Notes under the pieces: model-generated
Told to the model about the DNA's origin: nothing
Databases searched by the model: none
What the model saw: only the letters and a program-made list of their open reading frames with translations
Shown here: in pieces, positions 58,275 to 61,464 of the stretch
Position numbering within the stretch: the stretch's first letter is position 1
How the letters are laid out: every line of letters begins with the position of its first letter
NCBI GenBank assembly: GCA_003554785.1
Contig: PWHG01000006.1
Span: forward strand, 1-61,464
Length of the DNA stretch: 61,464 nucleotides
Direction: 5' to 3'
Source of the DNA: Candidatus Falkowbacteria bacterium
GTDB lineage: Bacteria > Patescibacteriota > Patescibacteriia > Patescibacteriales > UBA12465
Made by a program: the position numbers and the translations under genes

Positions 58275-58904
58275 ATGTTTAATTACAAACTATGTCCGCT
58301 TTGTAGCTTTTTAGCTAGAAAAATTAAAAATGATTATTATTATAATTGCCTAAAGTGTAAAAGTATTTTTTTAGATAAGAAAAAATATGTGTCCTTTGAA
58401 CTGGAAAAAGAAAGATATTTATCGCACGACAATAATGTAAATGACTCCAGATATCGCAGATTTACCTCTCCAATAGCCAATGCAGTTTTAAAAGAACAAA
58501 GTAAAGATAGCATAGGTCTTGATTTTGGATCAGGAACTGGACCAGTTATATCCGAAGTTTTAAAGGAAAATAACTATAATATAGTCCAATATGATCCTTT
58601 TTTTGCTGATAATAAGGAGTTATTGAGGAAACAATATGACTATATTGCTTGCTGTGAGGTAGTTGAGCATTTCAAAAATCCCAAGGAGGAGTTTAAGCTT
58701 TTAAAAGAGTTATTAAAACCTGGCGGCACTCTTTACATAATGACTCATATTTACAAAAAAAATATTGATTTTAAAGATTGGTATTATCGTCAAGACCCCA
58801 CTCATGTTTTTATTTACCAAAAAGAAACATTTAATTATATCTATAAAAAGTTCAAGTTTAGTAGTTTAGATATAGAAAAAAAATTAGTGGTTTTGAAAAA
58901 ATAA
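58275..58904 (+). CDS. Class I SAM-dependent methyltransferase with an N-terminal Cys4 zinc ribbon
   Basis: CPLCS..(13 aa)..CLKCKS, SAM motif I GLDFGSGTG, CCEVVEHF, LKPGG. The ATG directly abuts the Fic stop. Confidence 0.8.
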   Translation: MFNYKLCPLCSFLARKIKNDYYYNCLKCKSIFLDKKKYVSFELEKERYLSHDNNVNDSRYRRFTSPIANAVLKEQSKDSIGLDFGSGTGPVISEVLKENNYNIVQYDPFFADNKELLRKQYDYIACCEVVEHFKNPKEEFKLLKELLKPGGTLYIMTHIYKKNIDFKDWYYRQDPTHVFIYQKETFNYIYKKFKFSSLDIEKKLVVLKK

Positions 58905-58992
58905 TTAGTTTTATTTTTAAGCTAACCTTACTTAAAATAGAATTAATTATTAGTTTATTTGCTCATTTAAATTTGAAAGGAGGTGTAAACCG

Positions 58993-59133
58993 ATGTCTAA
59001 GAAAAACACTCCTACACGTGGTCCGTCAAAACATGGTGGCTGGGGAGGAAAGAGACCTTCTAAGGGAGGTGGATTATCGACAACCAAGCCTGGACAAAAA
59101 TCCGGAACATCAGGAGGCGGCAAGAAGAACTAA
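58993..59133 (+). CDS. 46-aa Gly/Lys-rich basic small protein (not in the ORF track; replaces tracked ORF 58973-59200)
   Basis: GGAGG at 58979-58983, 9 nt before the ATG. MSKKNTPTRGPSKHGGWGGKRPSKGGGLSTTKPGQKSGTSGGGKKN. Strong terminator 18 nt after the stop. Confidence 0.55.
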   Translation: MSKKNTPTRGPSKHGGWGGKRPSKGGGLSTTKPGQKSGTSGGGKKN

Positions 59134-59150
59134 TGTCGCAAAACTTTATC

Positions 59151-59182
59151 AAGCGAGATATTTAAATATATCTCGCTTTTTT
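59151..59182 (+). terminator. Terminator after the small Gly/Lys-rich ORF
   Basis: AAGCGAGATAT-loop-ATATCTCGCTT followed by a T6 run. Confidence 0.85.
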
Positions 59183-59227
59183 ACTATAATTATTGTATAA
59201 TTTTTATAGAAAGATTAATTTTTAATT

Positions 59228-60430
59228 ATGTTAAAGTATTATTTTAAAAATTTAAAAAATAATTTAAGCTTATTTGTTGTTAAAACAAAAAAATTATCAT
59301 CACTGGATGTAACATTATATGTTAAAACTGGTTCTGCTTACGAAGGTTTAAATAACAATGGCATCTCTCATTTACTCGAACATTTATTATTTTTAAAAAC
59401 TAAGGACTTTAAAAAAGATCCTTCAGCTTTAAATATTTATCCCTTTAGTCAAAAAGATTTTACACTTTATGAAATGACTACTCATAAAGATTTATTAAAT
59501 CCATCTCTTTCATCTCTTTTTTCAGTTATAGATCAACCTAAATTTAGTCAAAAAAACCTTAAATTAGTTAAAGATATTGTTAAAGAAGAACTTCTAGAAC
59601 TTCAACAATATCCAGAGGATTTATTCAATCAATATATCGATTCTTTTTTATATAAAAATACTAATTTATCATTAAACATTGGGGGTAGTACAGAAAGTCT
59701 GGAAAAAATTAAATTAGATCAGCTGAAAAAATGGTATAGAAGTTATTATCAAGAAAAAAATATGATTTTAACATTAGTTGGAGATGTAAATATAGATCAA
59801 ACAATGAGAAAAATAAATAGTTTATTAAAAAATAATTCTAAATATTTTAGTAATGAGGAAAATAATCTAGCTGATTTTAAAATTAATTATCCTAAAAACA
59901 CTAAAAAGTTAATTAAATTAAAAAATAATATTAATTTAAATAAATCGCATCTAGCTTTTGTTTTTCCCACTGCAGGTATTAATCATAAAAATTATTTAGA
60001 TTTTGTCTTATTAGCGGAAATATTAAAAAATGAAATAAGGCAAGAGTTTGAAAATAGTGGCCTATTATATGATATTAGTTTCTATTATCACAATTATCTA
60101 AAGACTGGTGAGTATAGAGTAATAACAAGTTGTCAAAAAAAGAACGTTAATTTAATTATTAAAAAATTTAATAATTTTCTTGCTAACTATAAAATGTCAT
60201 CTTCATATTTTGATAAAATTAAAAAATATCTTAAGTATCAATTTTTGTTAAAAGAAGATAATGTTGATGAACTTTCTTCATTATCTTTATATTTATTAAA
60301 CAATCAAAGAAATCTAATTACCCTTGAAGATGAAGTGAAACATTTAGAAGCTATAGGTTTTAGCGAAATAAATAAATTAAAGAAAAAATATTTTAATAAA
60401 GATAACTCCTATTATTTCTTAATGGAATAA
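59228..60430 (+). CDS. M16 (pitrilysin/insulinase) family zinc peptidase-like protein
   Basis: The inverted zinc motif HxxEH in GISHLLEHLLF. About 400 aa with a two-lobe layout. Confidence 0.7.
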   Translation: MLKYYFKNLKNNLSLFVVKTKKLSSLDVTLYVKTGSAYEGLNNNGISHLLEHLLFLKTKDFKKDPSALNIYPFSQKDFTLYEMTTHKDLLNPSLSSLFSVIDQPKFSQKNLKLVKDIVKEELLELQQYPEDLFNQYIDSFLYKNTNLSLNIGGSTESLEKIKLDQLKKWYRSYYQEKNMILTLVGDVNIDQTMRKINSLLKNNSKYFSNEENNLADFKINYPKNTKKLIKLKNNINLNKSHLAFVFPTAGINHKNYLDFVLLAEILKNEIRQEFENSGLLYDISFYYHNYLKTGEYRVITSCQKKNVNLIIKKFNNFLANYKMSSSYFDKIKKYLKYQFLLKEDNVDELSSLSLYLLNNQRNLITLEDEVKHLEAIGFSEINKLKKKYFNKDNSYYFLME

Positions 60431-60601
60431 TATTAAATGTTATAAATTAACTAAAAAAACTATGAAATTATTTAATAAACCTTTTTATATTTATTAATTT
60501 TACCCATTTTCACGTTTATTAGTTTAGGTTTAGTTTCATTTGTATTAAGCGAAAATCCAAGTATTAACTCTTTTTACTTATTAATTTTTCTTACGTTTTG
60601 G

Positions 60602-61261
60602 ATGGTTGTACCATTAGTTTTTTGTAGTTTTTTACCTATAATTTTTAGTAAAACAAAAGAACAAGAAAATAACAAAAAAAACCTTTCATATTATATTACT
60701 TCATTTATAATTATTCTATTTTTTCTATTTCTTTTTGTACAATTTAATTTAATTATTGATTATACTATTCTCATCTTTAGCCCTTTATTAATTATTATTA
60801 GTATTTGGTTTGCTATTAAATTAAAAATAAATCTTTATTTTATTGCTTCTTTAATTTCAATATTATTATTAAATATTATTGTAATATTAAATGAAAATTT
60901 TATTTCAGTTAGTCAAATTGCCTTTTTAAATTTAAATTTTTTAATATTTTTAATTTTACTGTTTATTTCAACGAAAAAAAACAAGAAATTAAAAATCAAT
61001 GTTAATGATAAGATTTCTAAGGAAAAAGAAAGAAATGTTGTTCTATCTCTTTTTATTTGGCCAATTTTTGGCAGTGTAGTCATTTCTGTAATATTTAGTT
61101 TTATTTTTGTTTTTGCATTTTTACTCGACGCTGGAATGTTTGCTGGTTTTGCGCTTATTGCTTTACCGATTTACTCATATCCATTTTTTTATATTATTGT
61201 TTTATTTTATGGATTATTTAGAATGTATAGAAAAGTTAAAAAAGAAGAACTAAATATTTAA
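60602..61261 (+). CDS. Polytopic membrane protein; the annotated start is probably truncated (frame open upstream to 60479)
   Basis: 219 aa, very hydrophobic. Forty-one further in-frame hydrophobic codons lie upstream without an ATG. See the frameshift finding. Confidence 0.5.
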   Translation: MVVPLVFCSFLPIIFSKTKEQENNKKNLSYYITSFIIILFFLFLFVQFNLIIDYTILIFSPLLIIISIWFAIKLKINLYFIASLISILLLNIIVILNENFISVSQIAFLNLNFLIFLILLFISTKKNKKLKINVNDKISKEKERNVVLSLFIWPIFGSVVISVIFSFIFVFAFLLDAGMFAGFALIALPIYSYPFFYIIVLFYGLFRMYRKVKKEELNI

Positions 61262-61464
61262 TGTTTATAGTATTATATAAAATATATATTTTTGTAATTA
61301 TATTAATCAAGTTTTGATTTATTATATCTTTTAAGATTAAATTTTCATATAAGTCATGCATATAACAAACTTAAAAATCAAAATATAAAAAATAAGTTAG
61401 AATTAGCATCGAAAGAATTAAAAAAAATTGGAATAATTGCTCCTTTTGATAGAGGTAAATTTAG

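Noticed and set aside
59090-59135. CCGGAA..AGGAGGCGGC stretch, superficially reminiscent of the SRP (4.5S) RNA conserved loop, in a G+C-rich patch
   Set aside because: I could not fold the flanks into the long SRP hairpin, since there is no complementary 5' arm. The SD, ATG, stop and terminator layout favours a coding reading.
58973-59200. Tracked 75-aa ORF (MKGGVNRCLRKT..)
   Set aside because: It starts at a TTG embedded in the GGAGG ribosome-binding site of the alternative frame. It also reads straight through a strong terminator hairpin (59151-59182). The 46-codon ATG frame (58993-59133) explains the signals better.
56534-61464. Direct-repeat copy of the tRNA-Trp 3' end (att site) that would delimit an integrated island
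   Set aside because: I scanned by eye for ttcgattccctc / catcccgtg fragments downstream and found none. The accessory islet idea therefore rests only on gene content.
61307-61464. Open frame running to the window end (..KNKLELASKELKKIGIIAPFDRGKF)
   Set aside because: No ATG, GTG or TTG start is in frame after the upstream stop at 61304-61306. It is too short and too close to the edge to call.

Overview
AT-rich, tightly packed bacterial chromosome segment with about 60 protein genes and 6 dispersed single tRNA genes. No rRNA, CRISPR array or recognisable transposase was seen. TGA acts as a stop codon (ATGA overlaps at 4952 and 7402), so the code is standard. Several traits fit a small-genome Patescibacteria/CPR-like organism, which is an inference from sequence only: almost no Shine-Dalgarno motifs, a type IV pilin, a VirB2/TrbC-like small pilin, many secreted repeat proteins and a patchy glycolysis set. 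The housekeeping backbone is thyA plus a DHFR-like gene, murA, rplU, recR-ybaB-dnaB, fmt, def, clpB, pgk-eno, gyrB, tpiA, mutM, an untracked rpmG, and rubrerythrin. The observations I rank highest are: (1) a very AT-rich glycan-assembly islet (3.5-10.2 kb) inside a GT2/galU cluster, carrying a GT2-GT9 fusion, a THUMP methyltransferase, a pyruvyl transferase and a DUF4254-like gene; (2) a membrane-anchored Hsp100 paralog with a degenerate first ATPase module and a small TM partner, divergent from a CIRCE-controlled clpB; (3) a WecA/MraY-type transferase fused in frame to a QueH (DUF208) domain; (4) a truncated iPGM-like relic with lost active-site ligands, right after pgk-eno; (5) two orphan AAA-ATPase/nuclease-like genes with palindromic operators over their promoters, one bracketed by an exact 28-nt direct repeat; (6) three strongly SD-led ORFs (an SPFH operon and a 46-codon Gly/Lys-rich ORF) in an otherwise SD-less window; (7) an accessory islet after tRNA-Trp holding a decayed gene with an in-frame TAA and a leaderless, operator-bearing HTH-Fic plus methyltransferase pair. 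All family assignments come from reading motifs by eye. None was checked against a database.
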